From an uncultured Clostridia bacterium (GTDB lineage Bacteria > Bacillota > Clostridia > Christensenellales > UBA1242): a DNA stretch of 64,000 bases. This document shows, in pieces, positions 9,049 through 17,536 of this stretch. A model generated the notes under the pieces. The model saw nothing but the letters and a program-made list of their open reading frames with translations. It was not told the DNA's origin and did not search any database. The stretch's first letter is position 1; each line of letters opens with the position of its first letter. The stretch is taken from positions 33,604 through 97,603 of the forward strand of contig CANQKH010000001.1 of NCBI GenBank assembly GCA_947624415.1. Reading direction: 5' to 3'. Made by a program: the position numbers and the translations under genes.

Positions 9049-11097
9049 ATGGGATTATTTGATAAAAAAGAAAATGAGAAATTAAAGATAGTAAAAGATG
9101 CAATGTTAAGCAAGTTCCCTTCTCTTGGGGCAACTTGCTCAAAATTAAAATTTTCATTTTCAAAAAAAGTGCCAACTGCAGCAACGGATGGCGAAAATGT
9201 ATTTGTAAATCCTGATTTTTTTGAAGCACAGTCTCATGATTTGAGAGTTGCTGTTTTGTCGCACGAAGTTATGCACGTTGCCTTCAACCATATAAGACGT
9301 CAAATTGGCAAGGATGGAAAGGAAAGAGCACACTCCATCTGGAATCTTGCGACCGATGCGGTTATTAACGATATTTTAAAAAATAACGGATTGCCAATTT
9401 CAGAAAATTGGGTTAATATGCCGGGTGCATCTGAGCATTCAGCCGATGAGATGTATGAACAGTTATATCAAAAGGCACTTGAAGAGCAAAAGCAAAAACA
9501 GAAGGCAGGCAAAAATCAACAGCAAATGGCAGGAGGAAGCGGTATGCCACAAACTCCTCCTCAATCTCAACCTCAACAAAATCAAGGACAGAATGGTCAA
9601 CAAGCCGATCAAGACGAGCAAGAAGGTCAAGAGGGGCAAGAAGGTCAAAACGGACAAAATGGCCAGAACCAACAAAATGGGAAAAATGGACAGAAAGGAC
9701 AACAGGGTGGTCAAGAGCAAGATGGTGATCAGCAAAGCGAAGGCCAACAGGGTCAAAGACAGGCAGGTCAAAGTGGTGCTCAAAATCAAGCAGGCCAACA
9801 AAATGGAATTACACAAGGTGGCAAGCAAAATGGACAGGGTCAACAAAAGAATGTTGACGACAAAATGCCACAGCAAGCAGGTCAACAGGATGGAAAGAAC
9901 AAGCATAATAAGGGAGAGGGCATTTCAGACCTATTAGATGACGATGAACAAGTTGGACATGACGACCATGATATATGGAAGGATGCTTTAAAGAAGGAAC
10001 TCAAGAGAGAGGAAGAGGAAAAGAAGAAGAAAGAAAAAGAGAGAGCCAAAGCGGAGAAAAATAAAAACAAGAAAAAAGACCAGGAGGAAAACAATGAGGA
10101 AAATCAAGACGAGCAGAATGAAGAAAATGAAACAAATGGTCTAAACTATGACAAAAACAAGGTTGCCGATCCAGACGAAATGGCAAACGCTATAAATGGT
10201 GATGGAAGCGACGAAGAAGAGGATGAAACTCCATCTTTCGAGGAAACGGGCAGAGCGAAAGGTGAAAAACCAGAAAATGACAAAGGGAATGACGAAAACG
10301 ATGATGGTGATAGCCAAGAGCAACAAGAAAAATTCCGCGAAGCCATGGAAAAACTTGAAAAAGAGTTCACCAAGATGAATGATGAATTAAAAAAGGAAAC
10401 AGCAATCAAAATAAGAAAAAGCATTGAGGAAAAAAATCATCATTATGGGACTACAGCACTAAACGGAAACAGAACTCAAGGCGAGGTTGGAGAAGATAAG
10501 CCAATTTTGTCATGGAAAAAAATTCTTGCCAAGGAATTTAAGAAAGATGAGGCAAGATGGAGTTACAGAAGGTCAAGTCGCGACAACTTCTATATGCCAA
10601 GAATTGAGGAAATAGAACAATATGAGCAGTCAGTAACTGAGGTTGTCCTTGATACATCAGGCAGTATAGATGATGCATTATTAAAAGGATTTTTAAGACA
10701 GTTAAAGCCACTTGTAAAGGAAACAAAACTAAAAGCAGGGTGTTTTGATACAATGTTCTATGGGTTTAAGGAATTAAAGACAAAGGAAGATATTGACAAT
10801 TTCAAATCACGCGGCGGTGGCGGAACAGATTTAGATTGTGCAGTGAGAGCGTTTACAAACGATAAGAAAGTAAACAAAATTGTCTTTACCGATGGTATAA
10901 GCGACGATATGCCCAAAAGAGATCTTTATGAAACTAAAAATTTAATATGGGTGGTTTTTGATAATCCAAGATTTAAAGCACCTTTTGGGAAAATCGTTTA
11001 TGTGAAGAAAAGTGAAATGTATACTCAAGATTTAATGGATAAACAAAATTCAAACACCTCTTATTCAAACGATGACGAAGACGAATTTGATATGTAA
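9049..11097 (+). CDS. Zn-metallopeptidase (DUF2201_N-like) + vWA-like domain protein with a ~285-aa low-complexity insert
   Basis: HEVMHVAFNH (HExxH, nt 9262-9276). C-terminal VVLDTSGSID MIDAS-type motif (nt 10651-10665). Q/G/N-rich then E/K/D-rich region spans about nt 9475-10330. Confidence 0.8.
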   Translation: MGLFDKKENEKLKIVKDAMLSKFPSLGATCSKLKFSFSKKVPTAATDGENVFVNPDFFEAQSHDLRVAVLSHEVMHVAFNHIRRQIGKDGKERAHSIWNLATDAVINDILKNNGLPISENWVNMPGASEHSADEMYEQLYQKALEEQKQKQKAGKNQQQMAGGSGMPQTPPQSQPQQNQGQNGQQADQDEQEGQEGQEGQNGQNGQNQQNGKNGQKGQQGGQEQDGDQQSEGQQGQRQAGQSGAQNQAGQQNGITQGGKQNGQGQQKNVDDKMPQQAGQQDGKNKHNKGEGISDLLDDDEQVGHDDHDIWKDALKKELKREEEEKKKKEKERAKAEKNKNKKKDQEENNEENQDEQNEENETNGLNYDKNKVADPDEMANAINGDGSDEEEDETPSFEETGRAKGEKPENDKGNDENDDGDSQEQQEKFREAMEKLEKEFTKMNDELKKETAIKIRKSIEEKNHHYGTTALNGNRTQGEVGEDKPILSWKKILAKEFKKDEARWSYRRSSRDNFYMPRIEEIEQYEQSVTEVVLDTSGSIDDALLKGFLRQLKPLVKETKLKAGCFDTMFYGFKELKTKEDIDNFKSRGGGGTDLDCAVRAFTNDKKVNKIVFTDGISDDMPKRDLYETKNLIWVVFDNPRFKAPFGKIVYVKKSEMYTQDLMDKQNSNTSYSNDDEDEFDM

Positions 11098-11147
11098 ATG
11101 AAATTAGGGCTAACAAGTCCTAATTTTATTAATTTAAAAGGAGAAGT

Positions 11148-12260
11148 ATGGAAAAGAAAATTGTAAAAATAGTTTTGACGGGCGGACCTTGTGGTGGAAA
11201 AAGTACGGGGCTAAGTTGTATTGAACGAGCACTTACCAAATATGGCTACAAAGTGGTGATTATAAATGAAAGTGCAACCGAACTTATTTTAAATGGACTT
11301 GATTTAAATGCCTATAATGGCAAGCAGAGAGTTTTTGAAAAAAACATTGTAAAACTCCAAATCTTAAAAGAAAAATTGTATTATGAGGCCTGTCAAAATC
11401 TTCCAGATGAAAAAATCCTTTTAGTTTGCGACAGAGGGATTATGGATTGCATGAGTTATGTTTCAAAAGAGGACTTTATGGCAATTCTTGACCAACTCGG
11501 GGAGGACCTTATTCAACTTCGCGATGATTACGATGGAGTTTTTCACCTTGTAACTTGTGCTAAGGGTGCAGAGGAATGTTACAGCAGGGCAAACAATGGG
11601 GCAAGGAAAGAAAATGCCCAAGAGGCGAGAGAGGCGGATGAAAGGACTCTTGCTTGTTGGGCGGGGCATCCACATTTACGTGTTATTGACAATTCGACAG
11701 GGTTTGAAGAAAAAATAAACAGACTTATTGCTGAAATTTGCAGTTTACTTGGCGAGCCTATTCCAATGGAGATTGAGAGAAAATTCTTGATTAAAAAGCC
11801 TGACGTGAAATTCTTGGAACAACTTAAAAACTGTAAAAAGGTAAACATTGTTCAAACCTATTTAATTTGCGATGGCGATGAGGAGGTAAGAGTTAGACAG
11901 CGTGGACTTGAGGGCAGTTACATTTACACCTTGACGTCTAAGAAAAGATTGACACCACTAAAAAGAGTTGAAGTGGAAAGAAGGATAACTCAAAAAGAAT
12001 ATCTAAACTATCTCAATAATGCTGATACAAATTTAAGACAGATAAGAAAGGAAAGATATTGCCTTATTGAAAATGGCAAATATTTTGAAATTGATATTTA
12101 TCCTTATGCAAATGAAACGGCAATTATGGAAATTGAACTTAGCAATGAAAATGAGAAAATAGAATTGCCAAAATTTATAGAGGTTATAAAGGAAGTTACT
12201 GATGATATTGAATACTCAAATTACTCCCTTGCCAAGGCCAAGAAAAATATTTTGAAATAA
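11148..12260 (+). CDS. P-loop NTPase (AAA_28/NadR-kinase-like) fused to a CYTH domain
   Basis: Walker A GGPCGGKST near the N-terminus. Walker B-like LLVCDRG. C-terminal domain starts with EIERKFLI (CYTH ExExK signature). Confidence 0.8.
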   Translation: MEKKIVKIVLTGGPCGGKSTGLSCIERALTKYGYKVVIINESATELILNGLDLNAYNGKQRVFEKNIVKLQILKEKLYYEACQNLPDEKILLVCDRGIMDCMSYVSKEDFMAILDQLGEDLIQLRDDYDGVFHLVTCAKGAEECYSRANNGARKENAQEAREADERTLACWAGHPHLRVIDNSTGFEEKINRLIAEICSLLGEPIPMEIERKFLIKKPDVKFLEQLKNCKKVNIVQTYLICDGDEEVRVRQRGLEGSYIYTLTSKKRLTPLKRVEVERRITQKEYLNYLNNADTNLRQIRKERYCLIENGKYFEIDIYPYANETAIMEIELSNENEKIELPKFIEVIKEVTDDIEYSNYSLAKAKKNILK

Positions 12261-12311
12261 ATTTTAATTAATTATTTTTAAAGCAATAAATTTTATGTTT
12301 TAGGAGAAAAT

Positions 12312-13112
12312 ATGAAGTTAACAGTTTTATGCGATAATAATGTTTTTATTGATAGTTATTTATTGGGAGAGCCTGCACTTTCATTTTATATAGAAAACGA
12401 AAATGACAAGATATTGTTCGATCTTGGTTATTCTTATGTTTTCAAGTTTAACGCTGAAAAGTTGAAAATAGACTTATCAAAAGTTGATAAAGTGGTTTTA
12501 TCCCACGGACATGATGACCACACACATGGCTTGAAGTGGTTTAAGTTTAGTGCCAAGACGAAGTTATATTTTTGTGATGGGTGCTTTGACAGAAAGGAAG
12601 TGGAAAACATTGAATTGACCGCTCCATATACAAAAGAGGAAATGGAAACAAAGTTTGATTTAACAGAAGTTAAATCTCCAATGGAAATATCAAACAATCT
12701 TATTTTGCTTGGCCCTATTGAAAGAAAAACAAGTTTTGAGAAAGACAATCCAAAATTAAAGACATTGAAAAATGGACAATGGGTTCAAGACAGCGTGCTT
12801 GATGACACTGCTTTGGTGTATAATGGTTATGATGGACTTTATGTTATAACCGCTTGTTCGCATAGTGGAATTTGCAATATTTGTGAAAAGGCAAAGAGAA
12901 TGTTTGACAAGCCTATTAAAGCCATTATTGGAGGACTGCATTTGTTTGATTTAAATGAGCAAACTCAAAAGACAATATCATATCTTAAAGAGCAAAAAAT
13001 AGAAAATCTTTATCCATGTCATTGCACAAGTTTGGCAGTTAAGGCGAAAATGATAAATGAGGGGTTGAACGTTCATGAAGTTGGATGTGGCATGGAATTA
13101 ATTTTTGAATAA
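12312..13112 (+). CDS. MBL-fold metallo-hydrolase (COG1237-like)
   Basis: MKLTVLCDN... start and LSHGHDDHTHGL (HxHxDH) motif. 266 aa. Confidence 0.8.
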   Translation: MKLTVLCDNNVFIDSYLLGEPALSFYIENENDKILFDLGYSYVFKFNAEKLKIDLSKVDKVVLSHGHDDHTHGLKWFKFSAKTKLYFCDGCFDRKEVENIELTAPYTKEEMETKFDLTEVKSPMEISNNLILLGPIERKTSFEKDNPKLKTLKNGQWVQDSVLDDTALVYNGYDGLYVITACSHSGICNICEKAKRMFDKPIKAIIGGLHLFDLNEQTQKTISYLKEQKIENLYPCHCTSLAVKAKMINEGLNVHEVGCGMELIFE

Positions 13113-13317
13113 TAAATTGTCAACACCCTTTAATTTATTGACTTTTCTTTTAAATTTGGCTATTATAGTTAAAAGAGGTTTTAAAAAATTAAATAGTTAC
13201 GTGCTTGATAACTTTCTTGCAATGAAAAACCTGTGCGACAATCATTTTAATTTTTAGTGCGGAAGGCGAGAAAGTTTGCAAAGTGGACAAGATTAAAAAA
13301 ATAAACAGGAGGGGGAA

Positions 13318-13752
13318 ATGGAAGATAACGAAGGACCAATAGATTATCAACTCACATTTATAGGGGAGCGCTATACATCTCCAAGCGAACTTATAGAATT
13401 GGAAGATATAATAATTGAGCAAAGCAGTGGAATATTTGACGAATCAAAGCCAGTCAAGAAAAGGTTAAAGACGCTACTAAGGTGCATGAAAATGTCTGAA
13501 CTTTTACAAAGAAATATTGCACATTTAGATTTTGACGAAAAACTCGAATTTCTTTTTGGTCATGACTATATAAATTACACATTATTTGAAAACACATTTG
13601 GATTTGAGTATCATAAAAGCATGAAACTTTTAAATTATTTGAAATTTTCTGGGGTTGGTTACACAACTGAGGACGGCCTCATTGTAACTGACAAAGAAAA
13701 ATTTGTGCAATTGTTAAAATTGAAAATGGCACAAACAAATCTTTATGAATAG
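13318..13752 (+). CDS. Hypothetical protein
   Basis: 144-aa ORF with SD CAGGAGGGGG. TAG stop followed directly by a hairpin terminator. No motif recognised. Confidence 0.5.
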   Translation: MEDNEGPIDYQLTFIGERYTSPSELIELEDIIIEQSSGIFDESKPVKKRLKTLLRCMKMSELLQRNIAHLDFDEKLEFLFGHDYINYTLFENTFGFEYHKSMKLLNYLKFSGVGYTTEDGLIVTDKEKFVQLLKLKMAQTNLYE

Positions 13753-13763
13753 AGCATTCAAAA

Positions 13764-13795
13764 TAAAAAAGCCTTACTAATAGTAGGGCTTTTTG
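13764..13795. terminator. Bidirectional terminator between convergent genes
   Basis: GCCTTAC (13771-13777) pairs with GTAGGGC (13783-13789), loop TAATA, A-run upstream and T-run downstream. Confidence 0.6.
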
Positions 13796-13813
13796 TGTGT
13801 ATCACTATGCAAA

Positions 13814-14449
13814 TCAATGTAATTTTTCTAAATATTCATATATAAGTTTTTTCTTTATTTCACTAAATTCTTCTTCTGTTACAAGGTCCATATTTTTCAT
13901 TGATGAAAGAATATTAAGTTTGTTTTGAAGATCTTCTGGTGAAAGTGGTTTTGATTGAGCGCTAGAAACCTCTTCATGGCTTGTGCTTTCACTTTGATTT
14001 TCTTTTGGCACTTCTTGAACGAATTTTGCCACACTCTTAGTTTGCCAAGTTGCCAGAGTGCAGATTATAAGGAATATGCAAGAAGTTGTCAGTAATGCAA
14101 AAATAATAAGACCGTTAAGCATAGCAAGTCCCCAGCCATATAATAATAGGCTAATGGCAAAAAGAATTATTGTAAGCAAGTTTAAAAATATTAAGATGAA
14201 ATTTAAAATTCTTGAACATTTAATATTTTTTAAACTTCCTCGAAATGATAAAAGCAGCAAGACAGAAATTGTAAGCGATGTCAATCCAAACAAAAGAGTT
14301 ATTGCGGAAAGGACATAAAGTGGAGTGAAAATCATGCTGTAATCGGCATATATGTCTGGCAAAATGAAATTGAAAAGCGAAGAAAAGAAGACCACGAGAT
14401 TGCCAATAAAACTTAAAATAATTCCTGATAGATTTAAAGATTTATTCAT
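13814..14449 (-). CDS. Multi-pass membrane protein with a C-terminal SHOCT-like domain
   Basis: Four hydrophobic segments, then LNILSSMKNMDLVTEEEFSEIKKKLI, which matches the SHOCT pattern (..G.IT.EEF...K.KLL). SD AGAGAGGT. Confidence 0.6.
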   Translation of the reverse strand: MNKSLNLSGIILSFIGNLVVFFSSLFNFILPDIYADYSMIFTPLYVLSAITLLFGLTSLTISVLLLLSFRGSLKNIKCSRILNFILIFLNLLTIILFAISLLLYGWGLAMLNGLIIFALLTTSCIFLIICTLATWQTKSVAKFVQEVPKENQSESTSHEEVSSAQSKPLSPEDLQNKLNILSSMKNMDLVTEEEFSEIKKKLIYEYLEKLH

Positions 14450-14518
14450 TTTTTACCTCTCTTTTAAAAGTATAGAAGAAATTTGACAACTTTGTCAACA
14501 AAAAAATCAAATTGGTGT

Positions 14519-14546
14519 TTGTTTTTAATTAAAGTTATGCTATAAT
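14519..14546 (+). promoter_or_regulatory. Sigma-A promoter positioned for a leaderless transcript
   Basis: TTGTTT (14519-14524), 16-nt spacer ending in TGc, TATAAT (14541-14546), 6 nt, then ATG at 14553. No SD. Confidence 0.5.
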
Positions 14547-14552
14547 AAGAAC

Positions 14553-15638
14553 ATGAAAAAGATAACAGACCAATATGCAAAGGAATTTGATAGAAAATGT
14601 GCAAGGGTTGATGCACATGGGTTTTTAAGATTTATTACTCAAACAGACCAATATAACGACATTTCAATTTTAGACACACTTGCAGATTTGGGAAAATTGA
14701 TTGACGTTAAACCTTATAAGGAAAGGAAAGTTGAGTATGATGAGGGTCAGTTTAAGAATCTTATAAATGAGTTTTTTGCTCAATATTTTCCATCAAAGGC
14801 AAAAGAGGTGTCTCAAATTTTGGATGGGACAAACACATATTTTATTGACGAAAATGGGAAAAGCCACATAAATTTTCTTGAAGATAGCAAGGGGAAATCA
14901 AGTAATGTGGGACATTCAAACAATAATTCATATCTTGAATTTAATGTTTATTTAAATCATACTGCAAACGACCTTGTAACAACAGTTCATGAAATTTCTC
15001 ACGCAATAAGTGGACATCACAAACGCATAGTGGAATATATACGGGGCGGTGCATCGCAAGAGGAAATTGAAAAATTGACAAAAAATGTGGGTTTTAAGAG
15101 AGATTGCATTGGAGAAATAGAAAGCCATATTGTAGAAAGACTTTTCAATCAATTTTTATTTGAAAAGGGAATTTTCAATGAAGAAGATTTGAAAAATTAT
15201 GACAACCTTCAAAAACGAAGCCTGCTATATGAGATTAACTTGATAAGGGAAGAGAGTGATATTTTAAAACAGTTGTCATGCCCGGTAACAAAGAAAAGTC
15301 TTGAACAACTTACAGAAAGACTTGAAAAAGAGGGACAAACAAGATTGCTTGAAAGAATTGAAAAAATGCACGATGACGACAAAAGCAGTCCAAATATGTT
15401 TCGATATGTTGTTGGAAGAATTGTTGCCGATTTGTGGATGGAGGAATATTTAAAGACGGATGAAAAGGGCTTTAAACTTACAAAGTTCTGTCGCTATCTC
15501 GACAATAATGAAAAAATAGATTTGGATGATACTTGCGACTATCTTTTGGAGATTGACACTTCCGCCGCTATATTCTCTTATTTTTTGAAATGTGAAGATG
15601 AAAAGTATGCCGAAGAAGAGAGGGACATGGAAAATTAA
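14553..15638 (+). CDS. Putative HExxH zinc metallopeptidase (M3/PepF-like core, short)
   Basis: VHEISHAISGHH with a downstream GEIESH candidate third ligand. 361 aa. Confidence 0.55.
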   Translation: MKKITDQYAKEFDRKCARVDAHGFLRFITQTDQYNDISILDTLADLGKLIDVKPYKERKVEYDEGQFKNLINEFFAQYFPSKAKEVSQILDGTNTYFIDENGKSHINFLEDSKGKSSNVGHSNNNSYLEFNVYLNHTANDLVTTVHEISHAISGHHKRIVEYIRGGASQEEIEKLTKNVGFKRDCIGEIESHIVERLFNQFLFEKGIFNEEDLKNYDNLQKRSLLYEINLIREESDILKQLSCPVTKKSLEQLTERLEKEGQTRLLERIEKMHDDDKSSPNMFRYVVGRIVADLWMEEYLKTDEKGFKLTKFCRYLDNNEKIDLDDTCDYLLEIDTSAAIFSYFLKCEDEKYAEEERDMEN

Positions 15639-15704
15639 AGGAAACACATACGAGCGTTAAAAAGCAAAGCCCCTTTCTTTTTATAATCAGTCAAGGAGAA
15701 GAAA

Positions 15705-17021
15705 ATGCTAATATTTATTTGCGGAAAATCGGGCAGTGGAAAATCGACTTTTGCAAAACGCATTGCGGACAAACTAAATTTTAAATATGTTAATGTGGAC
15801 GATATTGCCCACGATTTTTATGCTCAACCTCAATTTCTTTCAAATATAAGTAAACTTTTTGGAGAAAGCGTGTTTGACGAAGATGGCTTTAACAGAAAGA
15901 AATTGGGAGAAATTGTGTTTTCCAAAGTTGAAGATGGGGCGGTGAAGGAGTTTAACGCTCTTTCCTTCCAGTTTATAAAAAGCCGTCTCGAGCCACTTTT
16001 ACATGAGAATGCTGTTGTCGATTGGTTGCTTCTGCCCAAGACCCAATTTTGGGATTGCAACGCTTTGAAAATTTTGATTAAATCTCAAGATGAAGAAATG
16101 AGGCTTGAAAAGATTTTGCAAAGGGATAAAATATCAAAGGAGTATTTGCTTTTAAGAGAAAGTGCAAGCATTATATATGACGAGAAGGACTTTGACTGTG
16201 TCGTTTCAAATAATTATGATGAAAATTTTGAAAGGGTGGCAGACGAGGTCGCCGAAAAGATAAGAAGAAGGACAACTATAAAAATTTTAGGAACTCAAAG
16301 CCCGTTTTCAAATAAGGATGGTGCTTGCCCATCATATTTAATAGAAAGTGGCGATAAAAAAATTATGTTGGATTGCGGAAGCGGAAGTCATAGATTTTTT
16401 GATATGAGAAAATTGGAAAATTTAAGCATTATAATTTCTCATCTTCATAAAGACCATTTCAATGATATTTCAAACTATCAATATTGCTCACTCGTTATGC
16501 ACAGGCAAAAACTTTTAAATGATAAGATAAATGTTTATTTGCCCCAATTTTCCACGCCGATAAGCCATTTGATTGCAGGCGAAAAAGATGCTTTTTGCAA
16601 TTATTTTCCCATAGATGAAAAATCAAAATATGACATAGGCGAATTTAAAGTTGACTTTTTAAAAGTTTGCCATGCACAAGAAGTTGAAACTTTTGCGACA
16701 AGGATAAAAGTCAATGGGAAAACAATTGTTTATTCTGCCGATATATCATTTAAGTCTAAAGATGATTTCGTCAAATTTTCGCAAGATGCCGATATATTAA
16801 TTTGCGAGGCAAGTTTGTTAAAGAAGCATGGCTTTCCAGAAATTTGCAACCATTTGACGGCCTTTCAGGCTGGAACAATTGCAAAAGAGGGAAGTGTTAA
16901 GAAACTTATTTTGACGCATTTATGGCCACTTGAAAATATCAATAATTATATGGCAGAGGCAAAACAGGTTTTTGATAAAACAATTATAGCAAAAGAGGAA
17001 AGAGAGTTTTATCTTTTATAA
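15705..17021 (+). CDS. coaE: Fusion: dephospho-CoA kinase-like P-loop domain + MBL-fold hydrolase
   Basis: N-terminal ICGKSGSGKST and a CoaE-like pattern (VDDIAH...FG..VFDEDG.NRKKLGEIVF). C-terminal ~240 aa has ISHLHKDHFND (HxHxDH). Directly upstream of coaD. Confidence 0.65.
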   Translation: MLIFICGKSGSGKSTFAKRIADKLNFKYVNVDDIAHDFYAQPQFLSNISKLFGESVFDEDGFNRKKLGEIVFSKVEDGAVKEFNALSFQFIKSRLEPLLHENAVVDWLLLPKTQFWDCNALKILIKSQDEEMRLEKILQRDKISKEYLLLRESASIIYDEKDFDCVVSNNYDENFERVADEVAEKIRRRTTIKILGTQSPFSNKDGACPSYLIESGDKKIMLDCGSGSHRFFDMRKLENLSIIISHLHKDHFNDISNYQYCSLVMHRQKLLNDKINVYLPQFSTPISHLIAGEKDAFCNYFPIDEKSKYDIGEFKVDFLKVCHAQEVETFATRIKVNGKTIVYSADISFKSKDDFVKFSQDADILICEASLLKKHGFPEICNHLTAFQAGTIAKEGSVKKLILTHLWPLENINNYMAEAKQVFDKTIIAKEEREFYLL

Positions 17022-17050
17022 AAAGGAAACAATAAATAAAAGGAGTGAAT

Positions 17051-17521
17051 ATGAGAATAGGATTTTATGCTGGTAGTTTTGACCCTTTTACAATAGGGCA
17101 TTTGTATATAGTCAAGCAGGCAAGCAAATTGTTTGACGAGGTGATTGTAGGGATTGGCATTAACCCAAAAAAGTCAAGAAACTATCCAATGGAAAAAATG
17201 GCAAAGGCGATGGAAGAGGTTTTCAAAGATGAAAAACTGGAAAACTGTCGCTGCATTATATTTGATGGCCTGACCGCCGATGTTGCCCTTGAAAATCAAA
17301 CAACCTTTTTGATTAGGGGGATAAGAAATGGGATGGATTATGACTATGAAGAGAGCCTTGCCATGATAAATCAGGAGATAAGCGGGCTTGACACAATTTA
17401 TTTAAGGGCAGGCGAATATGGTGCTGTCAGTTCAAGCATGGTCAACGAACTTTTGAGAAGAAACAAAAATGTTGAGAAATATCTTCCAAAGCGGATTGAG
17501 AAATTGGTGAAGGGAGACTGA
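17051..17521 (+). CDS. coaD: Phosphopantetheine adenylyltransferase
   Basis: GSFDPFTIGHL (T/HxGH nucleotidyltransferase motif), 156 aa. ATG at 17051 lies 5 nt after AGGAG; the track start GTG 17045 overlaps the SD. Confidence 0.9.
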   Translation: MRIGFYAGSFDPFTIGHLYIVKQASKLFDEVIVGIGINPKKSRNYPMEKMAKAMEEVFKDEKLENCRCIIFDGLTADVALENQTTFLIRGIRNGMDYDYEESLAMINQEISGLDTIYLRAGEYGAVSSSMVNELLRRNKNVEKYLPKRIEKLVKGD

Positions 17522-17536
17522 AAAACACGAGGGAAC

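Noticed and set aside
9618-9710. Collagen-like triple-helix repeat (GQE-GQE-GQN-GQN...)
   Set aside because: There are only ~10 triplets, interrupted (QQN), with no Pro at X/Y. A disordered linker is more parsimonious.
9425-9937. 170-aa (+) and 147-aa (-, 9463-9906) ORFs, and further short ORFs up to 10424
   Set aside because: They lie in alternative frames of the GQ/EK low-complexity insert of the vWA gene, and their K/R- or L/S-rich products are compositional artefacts.
13167-13317. ~145-nt 5' UTR after a TTGACT-17-TATTAT promoter (13138-13166): riboswitch or leader?
   Set aside because: I could not fold it by eye into any known riboswitch core or a terminator/antiterminator pair. The only upstream ORF (GTG 13201, 18 codons) lacks a correctly spaced SD.
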